A DNA stretch of 64,000 nucleotides from an uncultured Candidatus Saccharibacteria bacterium (GTDB lineage Bacteria > Patescibacteriota > Minisyncoccia > Phycocordibacterales > CAIZLB01). Below the pieces are notes generated by a model. That model was not told where the DNA came from, ran no database searches, and was given only the letters and a program-made list of their open reading frames with translations. The position numbers and the translations under genes were made by a program. Shown in pieces: positions 18,768-28,692 of the stretch. Within the stretch, counting starts at the first letter, position 1; each line of letters opens with the position of its first letter. The DNA is taken from contig CAYXQC010000002.1 of assembly GCA_964467385.1 (NCBI GenBank), positions 65,625-129,624 on the forward strand, given 5' to 3'.

Positions 18768-19742
18768 CTAATTCAAGCTTATGGTTGTCGTTCCTGTTCT
18801 CCAGAAACTACCAGGCTCATTACTGTCGTAGATTATACCATTGTCGATTATGTACTGGTTGATTTGTGTGTATATATCTACTTGGCGAATCACAGCTTCA
18901 CGTACTACTTGTAGCCCGAGGAGTGCTTTCACTGGATCTTTTACTTGTCCACCGATCAAAACAAAGGCGTCAGTCTGTTTTAGGTAGTCATTCGCGAGCT
19001 GTAGGTGCGCTGCCGCAACAGGGCTCGGTACTCGAAGTTGCATTAGACCTTCCCCTATGCGTTTATAGATAGGAATCATTTCGTTTACATCACTTTCGTA
19101 TTTAACAGGATTTGCTCTAAGTGGCGCTGAAGCATCTACGATTACCTTTGCGAATGCATTTCCATAGGCTTTAATCTCGGCTGCGCTTGTTGGTGAAAAT
19201 ATATTCAAGAAAGCCAGGCTGTACTTGTTTTTATTGATATCACTAATATCTAGGTAAGAAAAACTGTTTATAAGGTCATCCTCGTTAAACTCGGTGCCAT
19301 TAATATCGTAATCCAGGTATGTGTTGAAGATATCTTTGCTAAACCGATCACTTACATTGTCTTTAGGGGATGGGTCAAAAGGGTTGGTCGAACTCGCCAA
19401 AACCCCTAAAGTCTGTAGTTTTGCCTGCTGGAGTGCCTCGAGAAGCTTTTGATTTGCTTCTCTTTCCTCTGTGTTTTGTCCAGCAACTGCTTGAATGCCG
19501 GCTATTTCTATGTCGTGAGCTTTTCTAAGTGAGATTTTATTTGTAAGAAGAATTCCGATAACTGCAAGACAAACTGCGCCCACAATAAGAACTCGTTTGT
19601 GGGGAAGAAAGTCTTTACCCTGTGCCTCACTGGTTTGGGTCACTGGCTTTCCTGTAAGCGAAATTTCGTCATACGAGGTTTCTGGTATTCTATTCGAAGA
19701 GGTGCGATTTTTTTGCGAAAAATTTCCAGAAAAGTAAATCAT
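18768..19742 (-). CDS. Single-TM membrane-anchored helical protein (first gene of the T4SS-like cluster)
   Basis: TM VLIVGAVCLAVIGILL; extended -10 TGATATAAT 9 nt before the ATG. Confidence 0.55.
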   Translation of the reverse strand: MIYFSGNFSQKNRTSSNRIPETSYDEISLTGKPVTQTSEAQGKDFLPHKRVLIVGAVCLAVIGILLTNKISLRKAHDIEIAGIQAVAGQNTEEREANQKLLEALQQAKLQTLGVLASSTNPFDPSPKDNVSDRFSKDIFNTYLDYDINGTEFNEDDLINSFSYLDISDINKNKYSLAFLNIFSPTSAAEIKAYGNAFAKVIVDASAPLRANPVKYESDVNEMIPIYKRIGEGLMQLRVPSPVAAAHLQLANDYLKQTDAFVLIGGQVKDPVKALLGLQVVREAVIRQVDIYTQINQYIIDNGIIYDSNEPGSFWRTGTTTISLN

Positions 19743-19784
19743 AATGTGAAAATTATATCACATATAGTGTCGTGTATTGTATCT

Positions 19785-20690
19785 TCATTTGAAGGTGTTG
19801 AGAGTTTTGAAAATAGAAATATACTGCTCCAAAGATAAGTCTTCTGCGCGAACATTTGAATCTAGGTTTTGTTTAATAAAAATTTGTTCCAATCGCATGG
19901 CGTCAATACCCTGAATATTCTTTAAATTTTGTATCAACTTTTTGCGTTTATGTGCAAAGGCATAGTGGAGCATGTCAAAAAAAGCATCCTCATATGCTTG
20001 TTCAATTTTTCTACCATCTATAGTTGCCACTGTTGAATTAAAAATATCAACGGAGATAATTGCCGAATCGACATTTGGCGCAGGAACAAAAGCTCCCCGA
20101 GGAACAATGCTTATGATTTTTGGCACACCATATAATTTAATACTAAGCGACAGTAAATTTTCTTTCATTCTACCTTTCTCATCTTTTGCGACTATACGCT
20201 TTGCTACTTCTTTTTGCACGAGCATAACCACCTTCTTCGGCAGATTTTTTTGAGAAAAAATTGATCTAAAAATCAGACCTGTTATGTAATACGGGATGTT
20301 TGCTATTACTTTATCAAAATTTATAGCAACCTTACTTGATGAATTTTTGAGAATTTCTAAGGCATCAGCGTGAATAAGTTTGAAAATTCCAGCTGTAATG
20401 TCTTGTGCAAATTTTTCACTCAATATCTGAATTAATCTATCATCTTTTTCAATCGCAATAAGTCGAGTATTTTTTCTGGTTCGGACAATATCTAAGAGTC
20501 TCTCGGTAAGTGCACCCATACCAGGTCCAATTTCTAAGATAGTTTCGTTATCACCGATTTCCCCTGATTCTGCCATCTCTCGAAGTGCCTTTTCAGATTT
20601 TAAGAAATTTTGCCCGAGGGATTTTTTTGCAAATTTTGACTCGCGAATCCTCATGTCGCCGTCACGTATATCGTTCAGGTTACTTAGCAT
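19785..20690 (-). CDS. rsmA: 16S rRNA m6,2A dimethyltransferase
   Basis: KKSLGQNFL, LEIGPGMG, ANIPYYIT, PAPNVDS. Confidence 0.97.
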   Translation of the reverse strand: MLSNLNDIRDGDMRIRESKFAKKSLGQNFLKSEKALREMAESGEIGDNETILEIGPGMGALTERLLDIVRTRKNTRLIAIEKDDRLIQILSEKFAQDITAGIFKLIHADALEILKNSSSKVAINFDKVIANIPYYITGLIFRSIFSQKNLPKKVVMLVQKEVAKRIVAKDEKGRMKENLLSLSIKLYGVPKIISIVPRGAFVPAPNVDSAIISVDIFNSTVATIDGRKIEQAYEDAFFDMLHYAFAHKRKKLIQNLKNIQGIDAMRLEQIFIKQNLDSNVRAEDLSLEQYISIFKTLNTFK

Positions 20691-20718
20691 GTATACGCTG
20701 AAGATACCTTAAAAAAAA

Positions 20719-22719
20719 TCAAAAATCAATAAAAATAGATTTAATACCTGTTACAGGTTCCTCAGTCTCCTTTAAATCCTCATCAATGTCTGCTAAAAAT
20801 TCTGAAGGTAGTGTGATTTGTTTATTGCCGAAAATTGTTCGTACATTTGCCCGAGAGAGAAATAGTTTTTTCTTTGCCCGAGTAAGAGCCACGTAAAAAA
20901 GTCTACGTTCCTCCTCGCTTTCTTCTGGTGAATTGGCTGATTCATTCAACCTGCTGTGAGGAAAAAGGTCTTGTTCGAGACCTGAAATAAAGACATAGTC
21001 AAATTCTAAACCTTTTGATGCGTGAACGGTCATAAGTTTTACCCCGTTTTTTTGTTTACCTTTTGATTGCTCGTCGAGTGTGTCTTGATCGCTTGCGAGT
21101 GCTGCTTCCTCGAGCATTTTTTCGATACCCTCTGGTGCTACAAATGCATCATACTTCAATGCAAGTGTCGCGAGTTCGCGTGCGTTTTCGAGTCGCTCTT
21201 GATCACCTTCTTCTTTGAAAGCATGCTCCATTCCTGACATCGTGAGTACATATTTGATCACTTCAGATGCTTTATCAGTTTTTGTTTTTTGTGCAATAGC
21301 AGACAAAAGCGATCGGAATGATCGTACTTTATCTGCTGCATTTCCTGTAAGTTCGTTTTCATGCCCTTCAAGAACTTTAAGCATGGTTGTCTTCCCTATT
21401 CCGCGAACTGGCGTGTTGATAATTCGTTTGATGTCGACAAGCGAATCTGGATTGAGCGCAGCTCTGATGTATGAAAGAATATCTTTCACCTCTTTTCTCT
21501 CGAAGAATTTTGTACCGAGCAAGGTGTATTCAATATTTCGTCGAAGAAATGCATCTTCAAGAACTCGTGATTGAAAGTTTGCACGAAACAGTACAGCAAT
21601 ATTTTCCGGTTTGATTTTTTTTGTTTGAATAAGATCACGTGTCTCATTGGCAATAAAATTTGCCTCATCAACCTCATCGTATGCTGTATACACTTTTATT
21701 TTCTCTCCATCTTCATTTTTAGTGAATAGATTTTTCTTTTTTCTGTAAATATTTTTTTCAATTACTCGATTTGCGGCAGTCAAAATAGTTTGTGTTGAGC
21801 GATAATTTTCTTCAAGAAGTACAATTTTTGCCTCCGGATAATCCTGCTCAAAATTTAAAATATTCTTAATGTTGGCGCCTCTCCAGCCATATATCGACTG
21901 GTCCCCATCTCCTACCACGGCAATATTTTTGTGTTTCTCGGCCAAAAACTGCACCATACGATATTGCACTTGGTTTGTGTCTTGATATTCATCTACGTGA
22001 ATATAAAGCCAACGGTTCTGATACATTTCTCGTACATCTTTATGCTTAGCGAGAAGTTCAGTAGCTTTAAAAAGCAAATCATCGAAATCGAGCGCTTTTT
22101 CTTTTTCTAAACGCGCATCGTATTTTCTCCATACTTCGGCTGCAATACTCCCGATAAATTCATCTTGGTTTTTTGCCTCAAATTCTTGTTGCGATACGAA
22201 ATTTCCCTTTTCTCTTGAAATAATGCCAAGAATTTTGTTAGGTTCGATTTGTTTAGGATCATGACCAAGTTCAACGAGTGCATCTTTTACTACTTGCTTT
22301 GAATCTCCTCGATCATAAATAGCAAAATGCCGATGAATACCTAAAACATGACCAGATTCTTTCAGGATATTTACTGAAAGTGAGTGGAAAGTTGAAACAA
22401 ATGGTCGCTCCCCGTCTTGAACTGGGAAATTGAACGCAGGGTCGCTATCTATAAGATGCATTACTCGTTCCCGCATTTCTTTAGCTGCCTTGTTGGTGAA
22501 TGTAATGGCGAGGATGTTTTTCGGAGGTACACCTTGTTTTATGAGGTGCAGGATTCTGTGGGTTACGGTCTTGGTCTTACCTGCTCCGGCGCCGGCAAGG
22601 ATAAGAAGAGGTCCCTCAGTCGAGAGTACTGCTTCTCGTTGTTTCGGATTAAGAGAATTTAGATGGGAGTTTGAATCAGTTTGGTTGCTTTGGTCGGTGA
22701 TGTGGTCAGAAAATTCCAT
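20719..22719 (-). CDS. pcrA: ATP-dependent DNA helicase UvrD/PcrA
   Basis: LAGAGAGKT, VDEYQDTN, VGDGDQSIY, TVHASKGLEF, EERRLFYVALTRA; start at MEFSD preferred over 22773. Confidence 0.96.
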   Translation of the reverse strand: MEFSDHITDQSNQTDSNSHLNSLNPKQREAVLSTEGPLLILAGAGAGKTKTVTHRILHLIKQGVPPKNILAITFTNKAAKEMRERVMHLIDSDPAFNFPVQDGERPFVSTFHSLSVNILKESGHVLGIHRHFAIYDRGDSKQVVKDALVELGHDPKQIEPNKILGIISREKGNFVSQQEFEAKNQDEFIGSIAAEVWRKYDARLEKEKALDFDDLLFKATELLAKHKDVREMYQNRWLYIHVDEYQDTNQVQYRMVQFLAEKHKNIAVVGDGDQSIYGWRGANIKNILNFEQDYPEAKIVLLEENYRSTQTILTAANRVIEKNIYRKKKNLFTKNEDGEKIKVYTAYDEVDEANFIANETRDLIQTKKIKPENIAVLFRANFQSRVLEDAFLRRNIEYTLLGTKFFERKEVKDILSYIRAALNPDSLVDIKRIINTPVRGIGKTTMLKVLEGHENELTGNAADKVRSFRSLLSAIAQKTKTDKASEVIKYVLTMSGMEHAFKEEGDQERLENARELATLALKYDAFVAPEGIEKMLEEAALASDQDTLDEQSKGKQKNGVKLMTVHASKGLEFDYVFISGLEQDLFPHSRLNESANSPEESEEERRLFYVALTRAKKKLFLSRANVRTIFGNKQITLPSEFLADIDEDLKETEEPVTGIKSIFIDF

Positions 22720-22877
22720 AAAAAGAGTATGCAAACTATAGCACATGACCTCAACAGTTGTGGATTGAGTCATTTATCGCTTAAGAGGATGAAATTTCTA
22801 TAAAGATTTTCTAAATTTAGCTAGAAATATGTACTATTTTACATTTTTTGGCACTCATTGTGTGTTTTTTGGACCTA

Positions 22878-22906
22878 TTGACCCTTCGCCGAGGGTCTTT
22901 TACAAT
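22878..22906 (+). promoter_or_regulatory. Sigma70 promoter of the LysM-M23 gene
   Basis: TTGACC-17 nt-TACAAT. Confidence 0.7.
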
Positions 22907-22911
22907 TATCT

Positions 22912-24033
22912 ATTATTGCTAAAAAAGTCCATATTCCGCGTCTTTCGACGCTCGCAGTAGGTACTCTCCTCACCTGTGCGCTCATTAAAGCCTTTATTCC
23001 ATCGGTTTCTTCAGCGGATGTGGCTACTTTGCTGTCTAATGTTTTTAAAAACCCTTCGATACAAAAAGAGCCAGAAATGGGCCAGGTGCCGGTGAAAAAT
23101 CTCCAAACAATCCCAGTTTTGGCTGCACCTCTTCGAGCACAGGATGCTAGTTCTACGATTGCTACTCTTAAAAGTGAAAAGGCTCGAATATCTATGGTTG
23201 ATGGTAAGGCTTTTACTAACGAAAATAGCGCCGTTACGGATGGTGATTTTAATTCTTTTGCTAATTCATATATTAAGCCTGCGTCTGATCGAATCAGCTT
23301 GTACACCGTAAGACCTGGTGACACGTTGGCACAGATTGCAGAAATGTACGGCGTAACTCAAAATACGATCCTTTGGGCAAACGATCTTAAGAAAGGTACA
23401 GCACTTCAGCCAGATCAAGTGCTCGTTATCCTTCCTATCTCAGGCTACAAATATATTGTGAAAAAAGGTGACACAATTGCAAGCGTTGCTAGGGTGTATA
23501 AAACAACGCTAGATGAAATTGCTTTGTTTAATGCGCTTGAAGAGGGCGATAAGCTCGCTGTTGGTACAGAAATTATTATTCCTGATGCTGATGGCTCTCT
23601 TGCTGAAGCGGACAAGAAAGTGAATGCAAAGACTGGTACGAAGGGGTCAGATAAGGGTTCATCGGGTAAAAAATCAGGTATAGACTCTTCTGGATATTTT
23701 GCTCGGCCGATAAAAGGTGGAACAAAAACACAGGGTATTCATGGTCATAATGGTATTGATCTTGCTTCTTATTACGGTGCACCAATTCTTGCCGCTGCAG
23801 ATGGTCAAGTTATTGTGAGCAAGGTTGGTGGTTGGGGTGGAGGTTACGGAAACTATGTTGTAATTCAGCACGGAAACGGTATGCAGACTTTGTATGCGCA
23901 CATGAGCGAGGTGATGGTTTCGGTTGGTCAGCGAGTTGAGAAGGGTCAACAGGTTGGAAAAATGGGAAGCACTGGACGATCAACTGGAACGCATCTCCAC
24001 TTCGAAGTTCGAGGTGGAAAGAATCCGTTCTAA
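22912..24033 (+). CDS. LysM x2 + M23 peptidoglycan endopeptidase; start uncertain (ATT 22912/22915 or GTG 23020)
   Basis: YTVRPGDTL and YIVKKGDTI LysM repeats; HNGID and HLHF M23 motifs; in-frame signal-like segment upstream of the GTG. Confidence 0.92.
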   Translation: MIAKKVHIPRLSTLAVGTLLTCALIKAFIPSVSSADVATLLSNVFKNPSIQKEPEMGQVPVKNLQTIPVLAAPLRAQDASSTIATLKSEKARISMVDGKAFTNENSAVTDGDFNSFANSYIKPASDRISLYTVRPGDTLAQIAEMYGVTQNTILWANDLKKGTALQPDQVLVILPISGYKYIVKKGDTIASVARVYKTTLDEIALFNALEEGDKLAVGTEIIIPDADGSLAEADKKVNAKTGTKGSDKGSSGKKSGIDSSGYFARPIKGGTKTQGIHGHNGIDLASYYGAPILAAADGQVIVSKVGGWGGGYGNYVVIQHGNGMQTLYAHMSEVMVSVGQRVEKGQQVGKMGSTGRSTGTHLHFEVRGGKNPF

Positions 24034-25688
24034 GTGATTTTTTGTTTATAAGAAAGGGCTTCAAGTATATGGTCTGGTGAAATTTCTATTTCATCACAGT
24101 TTTGTAAACAAAATTCTATCTTTGAAATCGTGTCTGCAATTTTCAGTAGAGACGAGAACCATCTTTTTGAATTGCTCAAATAGTTTAGTTTTATTTCTGT
24201 ATAAATCCTAAGTGACTCATTGGATAAATGTTTTTCTATATGTTCTATGTGTTCGATTTTTTGTTTTAGATTTTGACTTGATTTGGTATTTGCTTCTGAA
24301 AGCAGTTGAACCTGCTTGATGATTTCTCTGATACTCTTTCCGGATAAATATGATTCGGAAAATGATGTATGCAGAGTTGTGTTTGTGACCGATACGAAAA
24401 TATCTATTCTTTCAAACAAAGGACTGCGAATTTTTCGTTCATATCTTTCTATCTGTGCTCGAGCGCAGACACAACGTCTTTGTTTTGAGCCATAATATCC
24501 GCACCCGCAAGGATTCATTGTTCCTATCAGAATATATTCTGAATTTCGTAACTGGCCCTTAGTATCTTGATAAAAACCATACTCGATTGATTGACGGAGA
24601 CTTTCGATGACTCGTCGGTTGTATTCGATCATTTCATCAAGAAATAAAACGCCTTTGTGTGCCTTTGCAATCTCGCCTACTCTTTTTTGATCGCCCAATA
24701 TTTCCCTGATAGTCGCACTATGGTGAGGCTGTCTAAAATTATTTTTATATGAGACATGTGTTTTGTTTTTATCGTTAGATAATTCGCTAGAACTTTTGAT
24801 TGCAGAATCATAGAGTTGTCCTTTATATCTAAGATCATCTGCCGATTTTGCTAAAAGACTTTTTCCTGTACCTGGGTGTCCGGAAAATACAATATGGTGA
24901 TTTCCGGCGAGCGCGACAAGTAATGCTCTTTTGGCTGATTCATTTCCTTGGATGGAATCAATAAGAAATTTTGAATTTGGAATATTCTCCTCGTGTTCTA
25001 TGTCTGCTTTTTTGCTCTCGGTGGTTTCATCATGGTTACCTACGAGATTTTGCTCAAGTTTAGTTGATATTGAGTTAAGGACATTTGAACTTTTTGCTGC
25101 TTTGTAAAATTCACCTAAATTTTCTATTGGCCAAAATAAAAGATTAGACAACCGAGTTTGAATCTTTTCTGAATGTTCGGGCTGAAATTGCGTAATGTCT
25201 AATATTTTTAATTTTTCAAAACTTGTGCGCGGTAAAACAACTCGATTAAAATCGATATTGGATGTGATTGCTGAAATAAGACATGGGGTGATTTGCTCAG
25301 TGTCTCTTATAGATCCTGTCAAACTTAATTCACCAAGAAAAATGGTTTTATCCAGTGCCTCATGCTCATTACTTGATGTGCTAAGCTCATATTTCTTTGA
25401 TGTGCAGATATATGAAATGGCGATAGGTAAATCGAGATGCGCACCCTCCTTTCTTATATCTGATGGGCTAAGTAATGTAACTATTTTCTTGTCGGTATAT
25501 CGAACTGCCTCTGGGTCGCAATGTTGAATAGCTGAAAGTACTCTCTGCCTTGATTCCGATATGCTCTTGTTTGCTAGACCGATAATATCGAAGTGAAATA
25601 ATCCCCTTTTGACACTTGTCTCGATGGAAATTAAATAAGAAGAAGCACCACTCATGCCAAGTGCATGAATTTTTTGTAATTTTTTCAA
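24030..25688 (-). CDS. comM: ComM/YifB Mg-chelatase-related AAA+ ATPase (divergent)
   Basis: IIGLANKSISESRQRV, HLDLPIA, GHPGTGKS, RQPHHSA, GVLFLDE, NPCGCG, HILEALSY. Confidence 0.88.
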   Translation of the reverse strand: MKKLQKIHALGMSGASSYLISIETSVKRGLFHFDIIGLANKSISESRQRVLSAIQHCDPEAVRYTDKKIVTLLSPSDIRKEGAHLDLPIAISYICTSKKYELSTSSNEHEALDKTIFLGELSLTGSIRDTEQITPCLISAITSNIDFNRVVLPRTSFEKLKILDITQFQPEHSEKIQTRLSNLLFWPIENLGEFYKAAKSSNVLNSISTKLEQNLVGNHDETTESKKADIEHEENIPNSKFLIDSIQGNESAKRALLVALAGNHHIVFSGHPGTGKSLLAKSADDLRYKGQLYDSAIKSSSELSNDKNKTHVSYKNNFRQPHHSATIREILGDQKRVGEIAKAHKGVLFLDEMIEYNRRVIESLRQSIEYGFYQDTKGQLRNSEYILIGTMNPCGCGYYGSKQRRCVCARAQIERYERKIRSPLFERIDIFVSVTNTTLHTSFSESYLSGKSIREIIKQVQLLSEANTKSSQNLKQKIEHIEHIEKHLSNESLRIYTEIKLNYLSNSKRWFSSLLKIADTISKIEFCLQNCDEIEISPDHILEALSYKQKIT

Positions 25689-25706
25689 ATATAATCCTAA
25701 TTACTC

Positions 25707-26060
25707 TTAGAGATGTGCTTTGCAGGTTCGAGCTGACGGATTGGCTTCGAGTCTATCTAGTTCGATTGGTTCATTCGAGATCTCGCAGAGGCCATATGTA
25801 CCGTTCTGGATCTTTGAGAGTGCGTGCTCTACCTCATGAAGAGATGTTTCAAGAGAGTGAATAGAGGTCTCGGAGTCTTCTAGGTTTTCTATGGCGCTTG
25901 CTACATCTTCCCTGTCGGCTGTATCCTCAGATTCTCTCTGTACAGCTGTCCAGGTTGTCCCGTTTGCATCATCTTTTTGTCCAAGTGAAGAAAGCTGTGC
26001 CAAAAGCATTTCCTTCTCTTTTTCTAATAATTGTTTGAAGTGGGTTATATCTAAATTCAT
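25707..26060 (-). CDS. DksA/TraR family protein
   Basis: DREDVA coiled-coil tip; GTYGLCEISNEPIELDRLEANPSARTCKAH. Confidence 0.9.
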   Translation of the reverse strand: MNLDITHFKQLLEKEKEMLLAQLSSLGQKDDANGTTWTAVQRESEDTADREDVASAIENLEDSETSIHSLETSLHEVEHALSKIQNGTYGLCEISNEPIELDRLEANPSARTCKAHL

Positions 26061-26139
26061 GTAAATATTGTATCAAATGGTACATGAAGAACCAATCAAT
26101 AAAAGATAAATTTATTTTATATAGGAGGTCCTTACCTCT

Positions 26140-27378
26140 TTATCTAGAAATCCTACCAGTTGTAAGCCGGAAAATGATCTCCTTCAGAACTTTATCAGAA
26201 GTGGCAATAATGAGTGTTCTTTTGTCGAGGAATGTGTAGAGCATTTTTGCTTCCCCATCTGAACTCAAAAGTACTCGAGCGTCCTTGTTTTCAACAACTT
26301 TGTCTATGAATTTATCTGAATTAATAAAGCTAACAGTTTCTCGCTTTGGTTCATCTGGTATAGCTACGGGTGTTTCTTCTGTTGATGTACTAGTGTCGCT
26401 GTTATTTGTACCAAGCAATGCTTCTAATGGATCAAAATCTTCTGAACCGGTAACTTTTTGGTTGCTACTTGTACCTACAACTGTACCATTTGCATTTACT
26501 ACTGTCTTTTTATTTATAAAAAGTTCACCAACATCACTTGGAATATTAGTCTCCCATTCGAGCATGCCAGCAAAAGCTGGATCGTATGAGTTAACTTTAA
26601 AAAGTGCAAACACGTCTCGTGGGTTGTTGTATGAATACACGCCAAGGAGGAAATTTGACTCGAGTGCTCGCACAAGAAGCTCAGGAGTTCGAGCGTTTAT
26701 AACATTAAAAAAATCGCTTGTGGTTAGTGATACGGTTGTTGTACCAGCTGTGATTGTAGGAACAATGGCTTTTATTGTTCCAAAGTCCATGATGCCATTT
26801 TTTTCTACAAGAATTTCTCTGAAGATTTCATAAGGATCTTTATCTGTTGTATCGATAGTGGATTCACTTTCGGTATAAAGGAGTGCTGGTACTTTTGCCT
26901 TGGCAATCTCAGCTGCTTGCTCATCATTTGCTTTATTTTTCACATATAAATACACACTTAAAAGACCGAGTACTACAAAAACCCCTACTATACCTGCTGC
27001 AATATAATATCGACTCACCCTATTTTCCTGTTCGAGAACGGTGTCGAAGCCTGCCTTCCCCTCATTTCGCTTTTTTTCTGCGAGTGCAATCTTAATCATC
27101 GACACATTGTCGTTTTTGATTGCATTTGCGATATCACTTTGATAGGTATGAATGTTTTGTGGCGCATTCTCTCCTCTGCTTTTTTCTGCTTGAAGCGCCT
27201 CAGCCAAATTTATAGTCCGTTTTCTTTCGAAATCAGCTGGTTGCCCTGATGCACCTACTGAGTTGGTGATATTCGCAGTATTAGCTGCATCAGCGTTGTA
27301 TTGATCAGCGTTTGGAAATGAAAAATTTCTATTCAAACCGTTTGTGCTACCTGAGGAATTAGTAGAAGATGGATCCAT
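26140..27378 (-). CDS. Single-TM hypothetical protein
   Basis: 412 aa with a central TM; TATAAT 6 nt before the ATG. Confidence 0.65.
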   Translation of the reverse strand: MDPSSTNSSGSTNGLNRNFSFPNADQYNADAANTANITNSVGASGQPADFERKRTINLAEALQAEKSRGENAPQNIHTYQSDIANAIKNDNVSMIKIALAEKKRNEGKAGFDTVLEQENRVSRYYIAAGIVGVFVVLGLLSVYLYVKNKANDEQAAEIAKAKVPALLYTESESTIDTTDKDPYEIFREILVEKNGIMDFGTIKAIVPTITAGTTTVSLTTSDFFNVINARTPELLVRALESNFLLGVYSYNNPRDVFALFKVNSYDPAFAGMLEWETNIPSDVGELFINKKTVVNANGTVVGTSSNQKVTGSEDFDPLEALLGTNNSDTSTSTEETPVAIPDEPKRETVSFINSDKFIDKVVENKDARVLLSSDGEAKMLYTFLDKRTLIIATSDKVLKEIIFRLTTGRISR

Positions 27379-27431
27379 ATTTGTATTATATACAAAAACC
27401 GCACGTTTGTGTGCGGAATCTGTCTTTTATT

Positions 27432-28100
27432 TTATTGTAAATCCTGAGGATCCACATCGTCGTAGCCACCATGATTCATGTTTAAGTCTGGTCGCATTGG
27501 TCGCTCATTTGTATCTTGTGTCAATTGCTGTTCAGAATTTTTTGTATTTGCTCCCCTTCTGTATCCACCTCTCCTTGAGGGTCCCATCGTGCTTCCTCCG
27601 ATAATGTACTTTCGTGGATTTTCACACATGTCGATAAAGTCGTCCGCGATTTCACGAAGTCGGCCCGATGAAGATTTTCCGAAAGAAATCACTTCAACCT
27701 GGCAGCCCTCGTTTGTCTGAAGGTATTCAACAAGTGGTACAAAATCTCCATCACCTGAGGCAAGGATTATGGTATCGAGTTTTGGTGCCATTTTAATAGC
27801 ATCAACTGCAAGACCAACATCCCAATCAGCTTTTTTGGCACCACTATTAAAGACCTGAATGTTTTTAGTCTTTGCTTCGATACCAAGTTTCTCGAGTGCT
27901 TCAAAGAATGTTCGTTCTTCCCCACTCTCTGTACTGATTACATAGGCAACTGCACGGATTAAGGCTCGTCCAGCTACTGTTTCTTTCATAATTGCACCGA
28001 AATTTACTCGACCGTTGTATAGATTTTTTGCACTGTGATACAGGTTTTGGGTATCTATAAAAATCCCAATCCGCTGTTCTTTATGTTTAATTACTGTCAT
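27432..28100 (-). CDS. NYN domain (LabA/DUF88) protein
   Basis: IFIDTQNL, KADWDVGLAVD, SGDGDFVP. Confidence 0.93.
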   Translation of the reverse strand: MTVIKHKEQRIGIFIDTQNLYHSAKNLYNGRVNFGAIMKETVAGRALIRAVAYVISTESGEERTFFEALEKLGIEAKTKNIQVFNSGAKKADWDVGLAVDAIKMAPKLDTIILASGDGDFVPLVEYLQTNEGCQVEVISFGKSSSGRLREIADDFIDMCENPRKYIIGGSTMGPSRRGGYRRGANTKNSEQQLTQDTNERPMRPDLNMNHGGYDDVDPQDLQ

Positions 28101-28337
28101 TTTCTTATTAAATTAGTTGAAATTATTAAAATTGACTCATTTTGCGTTACAGCAAAAAACACACTTACAAAGTACTGACAAATATTTCAAAATATGGCAC
28201 CGCTCCAAAAGCGATATGCACTTATATAGTATATCAGATAAAGGTATGGAAAAAATTAAAAAGCAATGAATCTGGCCAAGTTTAAATCAATAAAACCAAA
28301 AAAATACTGACCGAGAATCGAGATAATGCAGAGGTAA

Positions 28338-28610
28338 TTATGCCTTTTTCTTAAGTTCGAGCTTCTTCAAAACAGAGTCATATGTCTTAGGGTCCTTCTT
28401 CTGAAGGTATTTCATGTGCTTCTGTCGATCTGCTACAAGCTGGAGGAGCCCTCTTCGTGAGTGCTGATCCTTGGCGTGTTTTTTGAGATGTTTAGCAAGT
28501 TCATCAATTCGCTTACTCAAAAGGCCTATCTGCACTGCTGCTGAACCTGTATCTTCCTTGTGGATTGCGAGGTCTTTGATGACCTTCTGCTTCTTTGTCT
28601 TTGTAAGCAT
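28338..28610 (-). CDS. rpsO: 30S ribosomal protein S15
   Basis: DTGSAAVQI, HAKDQHSRRGLL. Confidence 0.98.
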   Translation of the reverse strand: MLTKTKKQKVIKDLAIHKEDTGSAAVQIGLLSKRIDELAKHLKKHAKDQHSRRGLLQLVADRQKHMKYLQKKDPKTYDSVLKKLELKKKA

Positions 28611-28692
28611 GATGGCAAGATACTAGCATACAACTGTAAATAAGGCAATTGTCTTAGTGACTAAAGAGCGGTGCTATACTGTATCTTACAAT

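Noticed and set aside
6168-19742. Integrative conjugative element or plasmid
   Set aside because: No relaxase, coupling protein, integrase or flanking direct repeats seen; core genes flank it and it uses the host's promoter style
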